Of a DNA stretch of 64,000 nt, positions 25,154 to 36,210 are shown piece by piece; position 1 is the stretch's first letter, and every line of letters begins with the position of its first letter. A program made the translations under genes and the position numbers. Under the pieces are notes generated by a model. The model had not been told where the DNA came from. It did not search any database and saw only the letters and a list, made by a program, of their open reading frames with translations. Source of the stretch: Heptranchias perlo (taxonomy: Eukaryota); assembly GCF_035084215.1 (NCBI RefSeq), contig NC_090328.1, positions 65,472,001-65,536,000 of the forward strand, given 5' to 3'.

Positions 25154-27399
25154 AGCCTTGCCCCTGTACTGCTCCACTGTGGTTTCTGGGTCTTTGCTGC
25201 AGCAAAAGCCTTTGGAGCAATGGCACTTTAAATAGAGCTCCTCCAGCTGACAGCCTGTGATGTAGTTGCATAGTCCGCCCGCTGCGCAGCTTTCTGACGG
25301 CAAACCTGGAAGCCACGATAAGTGGCACTAATTCAATTGCGATCGCATGGGAAATGGACATTTTTTATTGGTCGGGTTACTCGTGCGTCCATTCACCCTC
25401 CCCCCACCCCCCTAACCGCTGCCAACCCGCCTCCATTCTAATATCGGGGCCCAAGTGTTTACCGTTTATCCAGGCCATCAAGTGTTTTACTAAATAAGTG
25501 AAGGTGTAAAAGAATATGGCTATCCATATTCCTAGCTGCTCACTGATTTCCACTGCAGAAACTGATGAATGTTTGTTTATACAATTCAACAACAGTCCTA
25601 ACTGTAGCTTGGTATTACATCCCACTGATGTGGTGACAGTTCGAGCCTCCTACCAATTCACTGTGGGTCGAGGAGCTGTGAATGGTCATTCAATCCAACA
25701 AAATAATGTACTCTCTGAGATTGAATCAGGAGAAATTCTTCAAGATTTGGTTTCCAGTCTTGGCCTGCTTGCCAGCAGCACATAACCACATCAGCCATCC
25801 TTCCCACATAAGTATAAATACCAAAGAAGAAAAACAAATAGCAGCCAACCCAATTCAAAATAACTCAACAAGAGCTTGATAGCAAATGGCTAAACCAGCC
25901 CTCACGATCATGTGTCCTGGCAAACACATTACATACTGACACTAATTACCAGGGTCATCCATAGATCATCCGTGACTGTACACTGCCTGTCACTTTGTCA
26001 TTTATATGGTATATTGATAAGTTAGTACAATGCATAAACAATGTGAAGGAAAGTTTCCTCTTTACGTGTGGCAAAATTGTAAACATGTTGAGGTCGAAAT
26101 TCCATAGCTTTTCTGGCCCACTCCCACATGCAGGAGGAAGTGCAGTGGCAATGAGGTCAGGATCCAGATATGTCAGGTCCCATCCCTTGCTGGAAGGTTC
26201 AGCTGAACCTTGATTGTGGTGACGCCTCTGCCCACCCTCAAAGAAGGTCAGCCACTGTTTTGAGGGGACGAGAGGGAGAGGGTCAAGGGTTTCCTCGTTC
26301 TCAACCTAGGCGTCCACCTGCAAAGCAAAAGCTAACGAACCAGCCTATATGAGGACCACCTGTTTTTTGGCCCCCTTACAAAGGGGCTTACGTGGCACAG
26401 AGGGAACTTACCCTGGATTTTCAGGGCTCTTCTTTATAAACCCTTTAATGATTTTGCTATACGTATTAGACAAAAGAAATCTTCCCCCCTTTTGCTCTTC
26501 CGAGCTTTGCTGTTATATCTGCATAACATTTGAAAAACAAAGGAAAAGCTTTTTAAAAAGGCCAACTGATAGTCAAGCAACATTACAGTATTTTTTTTCA
26601 GATCACACTGCATCTTAAATCTGTTTTTGCCGCATTTTTAGAACTGGAATACCTCTGAATTTAGTAACGATCCGATTCCAAAAGTAACTGCTTGGGCTTA
26701 CTCGCAATCTATCATAGGCTTAAACCAACAAAATGAGCATATTTAGGAATATAATTGCAATGTGACTAGAAGCCAGTTTGATTCCAGATCCTGTGATTCA
26801 AAGTGCACTGTGCAATGACTCTTATATAATCCATTCTGGAGGCAATCTGTTCAACCATTTGCTGTGAACTTTACTTCTGGTACAACCGGAATGGAACAAG
26901 AATTGTTGGGCATTGTGCATGCCAGAAGCCACAGTATCAGGAACTGACATTCTATTGAGCTAAACACTGAATTCAAATACAGTGGTGGATTCATTTTGTG
27001 TGGAGCTGGTCCTGAAACAATCCCTGCTGCTCAAGAGAGATGATCATTTTTTTTCTTGTAGCTTTGGCCAGGTAGAAGAAGTTGAATCATTTCTACTTGG
27101 ATGGAGAACTAAGTAACTGTACTTGACTATGAATAAATTTGATTGTCTTGAGATAAGCTTCTAGGTTTCAATTCTACAACAGGAGTTAGTAGTAAGGATA
27201 ACATATGGTGCCAATTCCCAATTAATGTGGCAGAAGGGGAATCAGAAGCCAAGCTGTACATCTATTTTAGAAGCAAAGGCAACTTTAAACAAAATTGACA
27301 CCTGTATTTAAAGCTGGAAATTCAGGGTCAATATGATTGAAAAGGAAAGAAAAAAAAAATTTGTTTTTTAGCTTTAATTATGCAAATAAAACATGTCTA

Positions 27400-27525
27400 A
27401 AGGACGTGTTGATAGGGTGAGATGAAATAAGGTGGGAGGAGGCTCTTATGGAGCATAAACACCAGCATAGACCTGTTGGACCGAATGGCCTGTTTCTGTG
27501 CTGTAAAATCTATGTAATTCCATGT
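27400..27525 (+). mobile_element. CR1 3' tail fragment
   Basis: Matches the 3' UTR at 15860-15972 (CATAAACACC..GGCCTGTTTCTGTGCTG..CTATGTAA). Confidence 0.8.
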
Positions 27526-27900
27526 TTTTTGTTCCTTGTCATGCCCATCAATAGAGATGACAAGTAGGCCTGTCATTATCAGTTGTGTAACAGCATCGGC
27601 CCTTGCACATTTTTTTCTAGGAGCCCCTCTAAAAGTAGGGACAGAGGGACTCTCCAATGACTCAAGCACTGTACGTACCTGGCACTAATGAAGGATCATT
27701 GGCCCTGAGAATGAGAATCATTGAGGTGACACACCTTGGCATAAATGCCGAGATGTGCCCGCCGCGCACCGCTGATCCTGCCAAAGTTTGTGGGGTTGGG
27801 GGAGGTCTCATGATTTGCATGACCTTGGTGAACTAGAGGTGCACATTAACAGGTACACTGAGGGGCCACATGTACTTAGACAACTTAATACAAACATATT

Positions 27901-28709
27901 GGGCCAGAAATCGCTCCCAAAATAATGGAGGAGCTCAACAGCGCTCTCCGTTTTTAGTGGTGAATTGAAGGAGCAAGTTCCCGCTTTTTAACATGCACAG
28001 TGAAACATGGGAATCGTGAACTTGCTTCTAGTGGTTCGCTGGTGATATGACAGCTTCGAATTAAAGGTTTATTGCATGCTGCAATCAGAGAAATCATTGA
28101 AAAGCGCCAACTTGCTTATCTACTCAGCTGGAAAGTAACTAATTACACCACCAAACAGGTATGGTTAAAAATACCAGGGCTAAACTAAGTTTCAACAGTG
28201 CAGTAAGACTTAATGACTGCCAAGCAACTAAAAATTAACTTTTAAAAATGTGGAGTCTCATATTACTCCTTATTTTAATAGTTCTTGGTCATTAAAAAAA
28301 AAATTTAAAATTTAAAAATTTAATATTTTTGTATTACTTTTCCCTTCTGTCTCTTTAATTTATTCAATTATTTCTTTGGCTTTTTATTTAAAAAATTAAA
28401 ATTTTTATTTACAATGACATACAGAATATTAACTTTAAATGAATGAAGTCTGCTCGCCTGCTTGAGCAATGCAGGATGAATCTGTGGGCGGGACTTCTCT
28501 TCCTGACAGATTTTGTGGGTGTGTCTTCTCCTCACGGACGTTTCCAGCCGCGTGGTAACTCACTGCTCAGAGGCTGGGTTGATAGCGCACATTTTGCTTT
28601 AAGTTCAAATTCAAGCAATTTGATGCCACAGAGCCGCAGTATTTTTGTTAATTAAATTCGCAGGAGCTGCGGTGAGCATTGCCTCGCCTCTCTGTGCAAT
28701 TTCAGGCCC
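27901..28709. mobile_element. ~810-bp MITE with Harbinger-type TIRs
   Basis: GGGCCAGAAATCGC ... GCAATTTCAGGCCC (12/14 inverted match) around a non-coding AT-rich interior. Confidence 0.75.
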
Positions 28710-28812
28710 AATGATCTATAAATAAAAAACAACCATTATTATTGTACGTATTAGTGTGGCCTTATTTTTTTCAACACAGCAGTAAGCTTACATTTTCAGA
28801 ATTAAATTGAAA

Positions 28813-28900
28813 GGGGGGTAATTTTGATGTTGTGCGATAGTGTAAAACGGGCAATAGAGAATCGGCAGCCCGTTTTACATATCTCCCGATTTTTATTTCC
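28813..28900. repeat. MITE end fragment with a perfect 12-bp hairpin
   Basis: TGTAAAACGGGC (28841-28852) and GCCCGTTTTACA (28868-28879); starts GGGGGTAATTTT. Confidence 0.55.
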
Positions 28901-28904
28901 ACAC

Positions 28905-29022
28905 TGGACAGAGCAGTCTGCTTGATCCACGTCTCTTCCAGTAGATTCCATATCCATCCCATCCACCACCAGTGCACTGTGGCTGTAATGTGTACAATCC
29001 ACAGGATACTCTGCAGCAACTT
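28905..29022 (+). mobile_element. Old fragment of the Zenon-like LINE
   Basis: Translates DRAVCLIHVSSSRFHIHPIHHQCTVAVMCTIHRILCSN, homologous to DKAARLIGTPSTTLNIH.LHHR.TVAAVCTIYRMHCSN in the other copies. Confidence 0.7.
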
Positions 29023-29559
29023 AACAGGGTAGAATTTCAGGCACGCCCACTTCCTGTCCGCCACATTGGAGGCTTAGTAGGCCAGTTAGTGCCTGAAAAA
29101 TGAGCATTGTGCATCCGAATTTATAGGACATTATGTTTAAATCAATAGTATCTATCAGCCCTACAACATCTGCCACCAAGAAGGACAAAAGAGCACACAA
29201 TGGTGGTGGTCAAGCACTGCTGGTCCTCTGAATCTGCACACAAATAGCACACAAGAAGCACGCAAGGCCCAAATTAAGGAAGCTCCACATAATGTGGCTG
29301 GAGTAATTGAGCAGTGCTCCGATTGCTTAGTAAACGGGTGCTGCAGAGGTTGTATTTTAAAAATGTTTTTTCCCAAGTGGCCCTATCCTAATAGGATTAT
29401 CCAGTTTGTCTGACGCTGACAGACTTTGGTCTCAATAGGCCAAATTGATATTGCCACTATTCACCACAATGGGATTCCCCTCTCTCCCCCACTGAAATTC
29501 AATGATGGCTTCAGCAGCCCTTTAAGAATTGCTGGTGCTAGAAATCCTGTCATATGTTG

Positions 29560-29920
29560 TACCAAAATGTCATGCACATCACACAGGGCGGGCCAAAAAA
29601 TTGCTATTAAGGTGACCTCATATCATACACCAGGGTCAACTTCTTGGCTCTTAGGTAAGATTAGCAGAGCCTGGACCACATTATTGGCTCTCAGAAGAAC
29701 TTTGTGCTTTTCTTCAAATAGTGCCATGGAATCTATAACATCCACCTGAACCACCAGAACAGGCAGATGGGACCTTGGTTCCTACAAAGAACAAGATCAC
29801 TGACAATGCAGCACTCCCTCAAAATAGAAGTGTCAGACTAGATTAAGTGGTCAAATTCTGAGTGGACCTTAAATCCACAACGTTCTGACTCAGCGATGAA
29901 AATGCTACCAACTAAGCCAA
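29560..29920 (-). mobile_element. DeuSINE (SacSINE1-like), decayed
   Basis: The reverse strand has TGGCTTAGTTGGTAGCA..CTGAGTCAGAA, GAGGGAGTGCTGCA and CATGGCACTATTTGAAGAA, matching 61938-62335. Confidence 0.8.
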
Positions 29921-29929
29921 ATTAATTCT

Positions 29930-31290
29930 TGGAATTGGGAGAAGGTTAGTTGAAGTGGCCAAAGATGTGGGTGAAGAGGTAGATTTTAAGATGTTTTTGA
30001 AGGTGGGCGGAGATGTAGCAAGGCTGAGTTTAGGAAGAGAATTAGGTTACCAAGTTTGTGACAGCTGAAGGCTCTTCTACTGTTGGTGCAACTGAGGGAA
30101 GAGAGCGCACCTAGTAGCTAGACTCAGAAACATGAAGGTGTTAACTGTGAGGTAGGGTGAGAACAGGTTGCACAGTTAGACTGGAGTAAGGTTGTGGAGA
30201 AATTTGTGAGAAGGATGAAGATTTTGAAATCTATCCACTAGAGAATGAGGAATCAGTGGAGGTTGGTCAGGACAGAGGTGAAAGGTGAATGGGGCTTATA
30301 ATAGGACAGGAGAAAAGTTATAGAGTTCTGGATGAGCTAAGTTTGTGTATGGTATAGCTCTAGAGATTGATAAGGAGGGTATTGGAAGTGTTGAGCCTGG
30401 AGATGACAAAAGAGGCTTTCAGTCGTGATTGGGGTAAGGTGCAAGTAGATGCAGGTGATATTTTGGAGATGGAAATGGGCAGTTTTGATGGCAGATGTGG
30501 GGGTTGTCATTCAGATCATGGTCAAGTACCGCCAAATTCAATCCGAGCAAGCCGCCAAGGAGGAGGATAGAATCAATGACTAAGCTACAGAGTTTCTGAC
30601 AAGAACTGAACATGATGGTTTGTCGGTGTTTAATTGGAAGAAACATAGAAACATAGAAAATAGGAGCAGGAGTAGACCATTCGGCCCTTCGAGCATGCTC
30701 CGCCATTCAATATGATCATGGCTGATCCTCTATTTCAATACCATATTCCCACTCTCTCCCCATGCCCCTTGGTGCTTTTTGTGTCTAGAAATCTATCTAG
30801 CTCCTTCTTAAATATATTCAGTGGCTTGGCCTCCTCAGCCTTCTGTGTGGTAGACAATTCCACAGGTTCACCACCCTCTGAGTGAAGAAATTTCTCCTCA
30901 TCTCAGTCCTAAATGTCCTACCCCATATCCTGAGACTGTGATCCCTCGTTCTGAACCTCCCAGCCAGGGGAAACATCCTCCCTGCATCCAGTCTGTCTAG
31001 CCCTGTCAGAATTTTATATGTTTCAAAGAGTTTCTGGCTTATCCAGGACTTGCTGTCAGACAGGGAGTGGAACAGTACAAAATAGCCATGGATTTGTGGA
31101 GGAGAAAGGTAAATCTGGGTGTTGTTGGCATACATATGGAAGATTATCCGAGGCTGACAGATAATACTGGCAAAAGAGAAACAAGGGATAGGAGGGAACC
31201 GAGGATGGAAAGTTGAGGCCCACCAGCAATGACCAGGCAGGCTCAGAGCAGAAGCCATTGCAGGAGATATGCTGGCTTCAGGTAGGAATA
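29930..31290 (-). mobile_element. Old L2 LINE (RT and 3' region), interrupted by a CR1
   Basis: IFHMYANNTQIYLS (degenerate YADDTQLY) near 31100-31150. A purine-rich L2-type 3' region lies at 29930-30640. The host sequence rejoins across the CR1. Confidence 0.75.
30641..31027 (-). mobile_element. Young CR1 3' fragment nested in the L2
   Basis: Tail AAACATAGAAACATAGAAAATAGGAGCAGG; peptide ETYKILTGLDRLDAGRMFPLAG..RRNFFTQRVVNLWN. Confidence 0.92.
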
Positions 31291-33379
31291 AAGCGCAGTG
31301 TCAGGGACGTGTCCTTTTTCAATAGCATATTTTTTCCTCAGCCCATTATGTACAAAAAAAAATTCTTTACCATTTTAAGCAGATGGAAAATATGAAGCAG
31401 AAAATTTCTTTGAAGGAGAAGAAAATAGAGACATCAGGCAAAAAGTCTGAACCCAAAACATTAACCTTTTAATTTCTGCTGTGCATTTCCAGTATTTTCA
31501 GTTTTTATTTCAGATTTTCAGCATTCTGTTTTTCTACACTGGAAACAGTTTACCCATTTACCATAAATTTTAATCTTAGTCTCTGGAGTCTGGAACATTT
31601 TACTCTCAAAAATCATTTTCCTTTGTCCATTAATTTTAATGAAAAAGTAAAGCAGTGAACACAATTGATGTTCATGTCTACTTTGTTGCTAAAATTAACA
31701 CAGCTGGACGTGGTATACAGGTAGTATGAGGACAAATAGAAGCTTGAGCATTTTATGCCAAACAGGACATAGCAATCATGTGAACGTAATATTACTTTAT
31801 TTGTGCTATTCATCGTTACCAACCAACTGTAGCCTGCACTCCAGGAAAACCTTTTTTTGTATTTCAAAGGTCAGGTAAGAATGCAATTTATCTCCAACAA
31901 TGGTTTTCTTTTTGGTCACAGAAATTTTGTGCAGAACATTTCCTTTGGCACAAAGGGAATACGTTGTTTCCAAATAAAAGGAATATTATTGCTAAATGTA
32001 AGGTGACGAGGAATGAATATACAGCTTCCATACTGGAAATTATTAATAACAGCTAGTTTTATACATTCAGATGATTATAACTTTCTTCCTATTGCCAATT
32101 GCTATTGCCCAGAATATGGAAACTACAGAACTTGCCATCTTTCCACAGGCAATAATCAGGTAATGGGAGCAGGGAGTACTGAAAAATACACATTAATAGT
32201 TCTTATTTATTACTCATTGACTATTAGCTTTTACAGTCGTTCCCCACAGATAGATACTTGCTAAAACTGCTAGATCACCATTCAATATGACAGTATAAAA
32301 GTATTGAAATTTTAAATCATTAGTGACGTTCTTATAAGCTTTCTAGCCTGAAGATGAAGATTACTGAATAGATGAACAATATTCAGCCAATGTAAGTAAT
32401 TTCTACACCAGCTAGTACCTGGAGATTTTGATCCATTTTAAAGCATTTCTACCTCAGTGATCCAATTACTCACTTTTGCTCTATGTTAAGTGTTAATTGA
32501 ATGAAGATTTACTTACCTTTTTATTTTATCTTTGTTGCCCATACTTTAACTCCAAACTACAGTGTGTCCTGACTGATTATATGCAGTGGAAAGGTAGGTC
32601 ACACTACACTGCAGCCTTATTTTGACATCTGATTGACACAAATATCATTCAATTATTATTTCATTTTTCGAGCTCTAATTCAGCGTACTGAGCAACTGGA
32701 GAAACCCTGAGATAATGAGTTAGTGTCAGATAAGTTTAAATAACAAAGTGCATTTAAACAACCCTACAGAATTACATCTCCAAAGCTGTAGACATGGTGT
32801 TCTTATCTCATATATAAGACTGATAAATGGTAGCAAAAAAAAGCTGGTGAGAAATGAGCTAAAGTAAGAAAGGGTAACAGTTAACATGCTGACCTGACTA
32901 ATCCCCCGTGACTGAATGATGGTCCTGATTAAATCATCACAGAGTTTGTTGCATCTCTAACAAGCAATGCTCAGGGCATGAGATTAATAATCTCAGCCCT
33001 TATTTGCAGTGTAGTTGCAGACACAAGGTCTGTTTCCAATTTACAACTGGTCGGAATTTAATATGCACCATGTAAATGCTATGTACAGAGGATAAACATA
33101 CTGAGTGAGGGAGGTTGCCAAAAAAGAACTGTAACTGCACAATCTCTCAAGCCCAATGGGAATGGGATTTTTACAGTCTCATATTCATCATGGGCAGGGG
33201 CATTTTTTTCTGTAAAACCTGCACACTTTTGTATTTTTATTGTCCACTTGGTATTTAGAAAAAAAAGCCTGTTGCGACACTTATGATTCTGAACGACCCC
33301 AGGTCATGTTGCATTACTTTAAAAGACATCTGGGTGAAAAGTTATGATCTGGTGAGCAAGGCACAGTGGTATATAACTG

Positions 33380-34027
33380 TTCCAATGAAGCTCAACGCAA
33401 GCTCGAGGAACACCACTTCATCTTTCTATTAGGCGCTTTACAGCCTTTCTGCCTTAACATTGAGTTTAACAACGTTAGATCTTAACCACCGCTCCCATTT
33501 TCTCGGACAGCAGGTGCTGGTAATGGAGGATGGCTGCACCAGAGCCACTGGGAGTGGAGGAGATGTGGGCTGGTGCTTGGGGTGGGGGTCCCCTATCGGT
33601 ACACGGCCGGCGGGGTGGTCCCTACCTTTCTCTGCCACATTCTCAGGCCATGGGAGACTTCTCCTCTTTGTCCTATTTTCCATGCTTCCATCCCCCTCGG
33701 CTATTCTGTTGCAACCATTTATACCTCCTCTGGACCTATCTTTTGTTTGTAAACTTGTCCCATTACCACCTCCTTTTGCCTTGCACCATCATCCCTTTTG
33801 TCATTTAATCACTCATTCCCTCCATCCTATCACAGACTTTCCCCTTTGTTCTTTCCCTACCCCCACCTGCCCCCCCTTTTCCTTGGCTCGGTATTTGCTT
33901 AAAACTGTTCTTCTCTAGCATCTACCAGCTCGGATGAAAGGTCATCGACCTGAAATGTTAACTCTGTTCCTCTCTCCACAGATGCTGCCTGACCTGCTGA
34001 GTGTTTCTAGCAGTTTCTGTTTTTATT
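33380..34027 (+). mobile_element. Penelope-like element 3' fragment (end of GIY-YIG domain plus pseudo-LTR)
   Basis: NEAQRKLEEHHFIFLLGALQPFCLNIEFNN at about 33384-33473 fits the PLE C-terminal R..E..I.L..L.P.GLN pattern. It is followed by a pyrimidine-rich tract, a hammerhead-like motif and the CCACAGATGCTGCCTGACCTGCTGAG end. Confidence 0.8.
33927..33963 (+). ncRNA. Degenerate minimal type I hammerhead ribozyme motif (PLE-type)
   Basis: AGCT-CGGATGA-A-AGGTC ATC GACCT-GAAA-TGTT-AACT. Stem II is perfect and GAAA is intact, but CUGAUGA is mutated to CGGAUGA. Confidence 0.65.
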
Positions 34028-34117
34028 ACAATGACATATACATTTGTTTGCTTAAATGTCAGTTTTGAGTTAAATCAGTTTGGATCTAACTCCTGAGTTG
34101 TCTCAGCTACACTAAGT

Positions 34118-34193
34118 CAAAGAGATAGAACAACAGTGGGAATCATTTGAAACAGTGATCAGTAGAGTTCAGGAGAAAATATATTCCTCTAAA
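34118..34193 (+). mobile_element. CR1 ORF2 fragment (same family as 551-3200), left of an inversion breakpoint
   Basis: Reverse complement of about 1398-1472. Confidence 0.85.
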
Positions 34194-34345
34194 TGACTTC
34201 AATATTTTACTATTTCTTTTTATATTCCTTGATAATTTAATTTCATAATTCCTCTTTGCTTTCCTAATTGTTTTTTGACTTCTTTCCTAACCTCTTCGTA
34301 TTCCCTTTTATCATCCTCTCCTTTATTGTTTGTGTACTTAGAGTA

Positions 34346-34608
34346 CTCAGTCTGTCTGTCTTGTGTTCTGGCCGTTTGTGTATTCGGTGGTCCTGTAGGT
34401 AACATCACTCTGTCTGAACACTTTGATTGCCTTGACAACGGGCAGTTGGAAAGATTATCTGTAATCACCAGGTATTATTCTTTGACTATAAATGCGGTAA
34501 CCTTCCATGGAATCCCATACTCGCTCACCTGACGAAGGAGAAAGCCTCCGACAGCTTGTGATTTTCAAATAAAACAGTTGGACTATAACCTGGTGTTGTA
34601 AGATTCCC
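34346..34608 (+). mobile_element. 263-bp non-coding Penelope-type solo pseudo-LTR insert with an 11-bp TSD
   Basis: Flanked by TACTTAGAGTA at 34335-34345 and 34609-34619. It ends in a hammerhead motif, AATAAA and GTTGGACTATAACCTGGTGTTGT. Confidence 0.8.
34525..34561 (+). ncRNA. Minimal type I hammerhead ribozyme motif with one core substitution
   Basis: TCAC-CTGACGA-A-GGAG AAAGC CTCC-GACA-GCTT-GTGA. Stems I and II are perfect and CUGANGA is intact; GAAA is changed to GACA; helix III would be the palindrome AAGCTT. Confidence 0.7.
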
Positions 34609-34662
34609 TACTTAGAGTATGCCTTTTTCTTTAGTTTCAATTTTACTCTTATCTTTTTATTC

Positions 34663-36110
34663 TTTATTTTTATTCGTCCATGGGATGTGGGCGTCGCTGG
34701 CAAGGCCGGCATTTATTGCCCATCCCTAATTGCCCTTGAGAATGTGGTGGTGAGCCACCTTCTTGAACCGCTGCAGTCCGTGTGGTGAAGGTTCTCCCAC
34801 AGTGCTGTTAGGAAGGAAGTTCCAGGGTTTTGACCCAGCGATGATGAAGGAACGGCGATATATTTCCAAGTCGGGATGGTGTGTGAGTTGGAGGGGAACG
34901 TGCAGGTGTTGATCCCATGTGCCTGCTGCCCTTGTCCTTCTAGGTGCCAGAGGTCGCAGGTTTGGGAGGTGCTGTCGAAGAAGCCTTGGCACCCAGTGCA
35001 TCCTGTAGATGGTACACACTGCAACCACGGTGTGCCGGTCGTGAAGGGAGTGAATGTTTAGGGTGGTGGATGGGGTGCCAGCTAAGCAGGCTGCTTTGTC
35101 CTGAATGGTGTCGAGCTTCTTGAGTGTTGTTGGAGCTGCACTCATCCAGGCAAGTGGAGAGTATTCCATCACACTCCTGACTTTTGCCTTGTAGATGCAG
35201 AAAGGCTTTGGGGAGTCAGGAAGTGAGTCACCTCGCCGCAGAATACCCAGCCTCTAACTTGCTCTTGTAGTCACATTATTTATGCGGCAGGTCCAGTTAA
35301 GTTTCTGGTCAATGCTGATCCCCAGGATGTTGATGGTGGGGGAATCGGCAATGGTAATGCCGTTGAATGTCATGGGGAGGTGGTTACACTCTCTCTTGTT
35401 GGAAATGGTCATTGCCTGGCACTTGTCTGGTGCAAATGTTACTTGCCACTTATCAGCCCAAGCCTGGATGTCGTCCAGGTCTTGCTGCACGCAGGCATGG
35501 ACTGCTCCATTATCTGAGGGGTTTCAAATGGAACTGAACACCATGCAATCAACAGTGAACATTCCCATTTCTGACCTTATGATGGGGGGAAGGTCATTGA
35601 TGAAGCTGCTGAAGATTGTTGGGCCTAGGACACTGCCCTGAGGAACTCCTGCAGCAATGTCCTGGGGCTGAGATGATTGGCCTACAACAACCACTACCAT
35701 CTTCCTTTGTGCTAGGTATGACTCCAGCCACTGGGGAGTTTTCCCCCTGATTCCCATTGACTTCAATTTTACTAGGGCTCCTTGGTGCCACACTCGGTCA
35801 AATGCTGCCTTGATGTCAAGGGCAGTCACTCTCACCTCACCTCTGGAATTCAGCTCTTTTGTCCATGTTTGGACCAAGGCTGTAATGAGGTCTGGAGCCA
35901 AGTGGTCCTGGAGGAACCCAAACTGAGCATCGGTGAGCAGGTTATTGGTGAGTAAGTGCCGCTTGATAGCACTGTCGACGATACCTTCCATCACTTTGCT
36001 GATGATTGAGAGTAGACTGATGGGGCGGTAATTAGCTGGATTGGATTTGTCCTGCTTTTTGTGGACAGGACATACCTGGGCAATTTTCCACATTGTCTGG
36101 TAGATGCCAG
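34663..36110 (-). mobile_element. 5'-truncated Zenon-like CR1-clade LINE
   Basis: RT motifs NYRPISLLS, ALDIKAAFDRVWH and GVPQGSVLGP. Same family as 22258-25153. Confidence 0.92.
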
Positions 36111-36210
36111 GGTACAGTAGCATAGTGGTTATGTTATGGGACTAGTAATCCAGAGTTATGAGTTCAAATCTTGCCACGGTAGCTGGGCAATTTAAATTCA
36201 ATCAATTGAA
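36111..36210 (+). mobile_element. tRNA-derived SINE head
   Basis: A-box TAGCATAGTGG (36118-36128) and B-box AGTTCAAATC (36161-36170). No body or tail follows. Confidence 0.75.

Larger units (their letters stand above)
20829..25451 (+). mobile_element. Internally deleted PIF/Harbinger transposon interrupted by a LINE
   Basis: Termini GGCTCGACTTTC... and ...TAATATCGGGGCC. Transposase lies on + and the Myb gene on - (convergent). A LINE is inserted at 22258-25153. Confidence 0.85.
34200..34662 (-). mobile_element. CR1 ORF2 fragment (continues at 36211-36267), containing the PLE insert
   Basis: Collinear with about 1170-1358 (NKGEDDKREYEEVRKEVKK). Confidence 0.85.

Noticed and set aside
27062-27112. 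Possible small exon after TTTTTTTTCTTGTAG (FGQVEEVESFLLGWRT, then GTAACT)
   Set aside because: The donor site is weak, the peptide is unrecognised and there are no partner exons.
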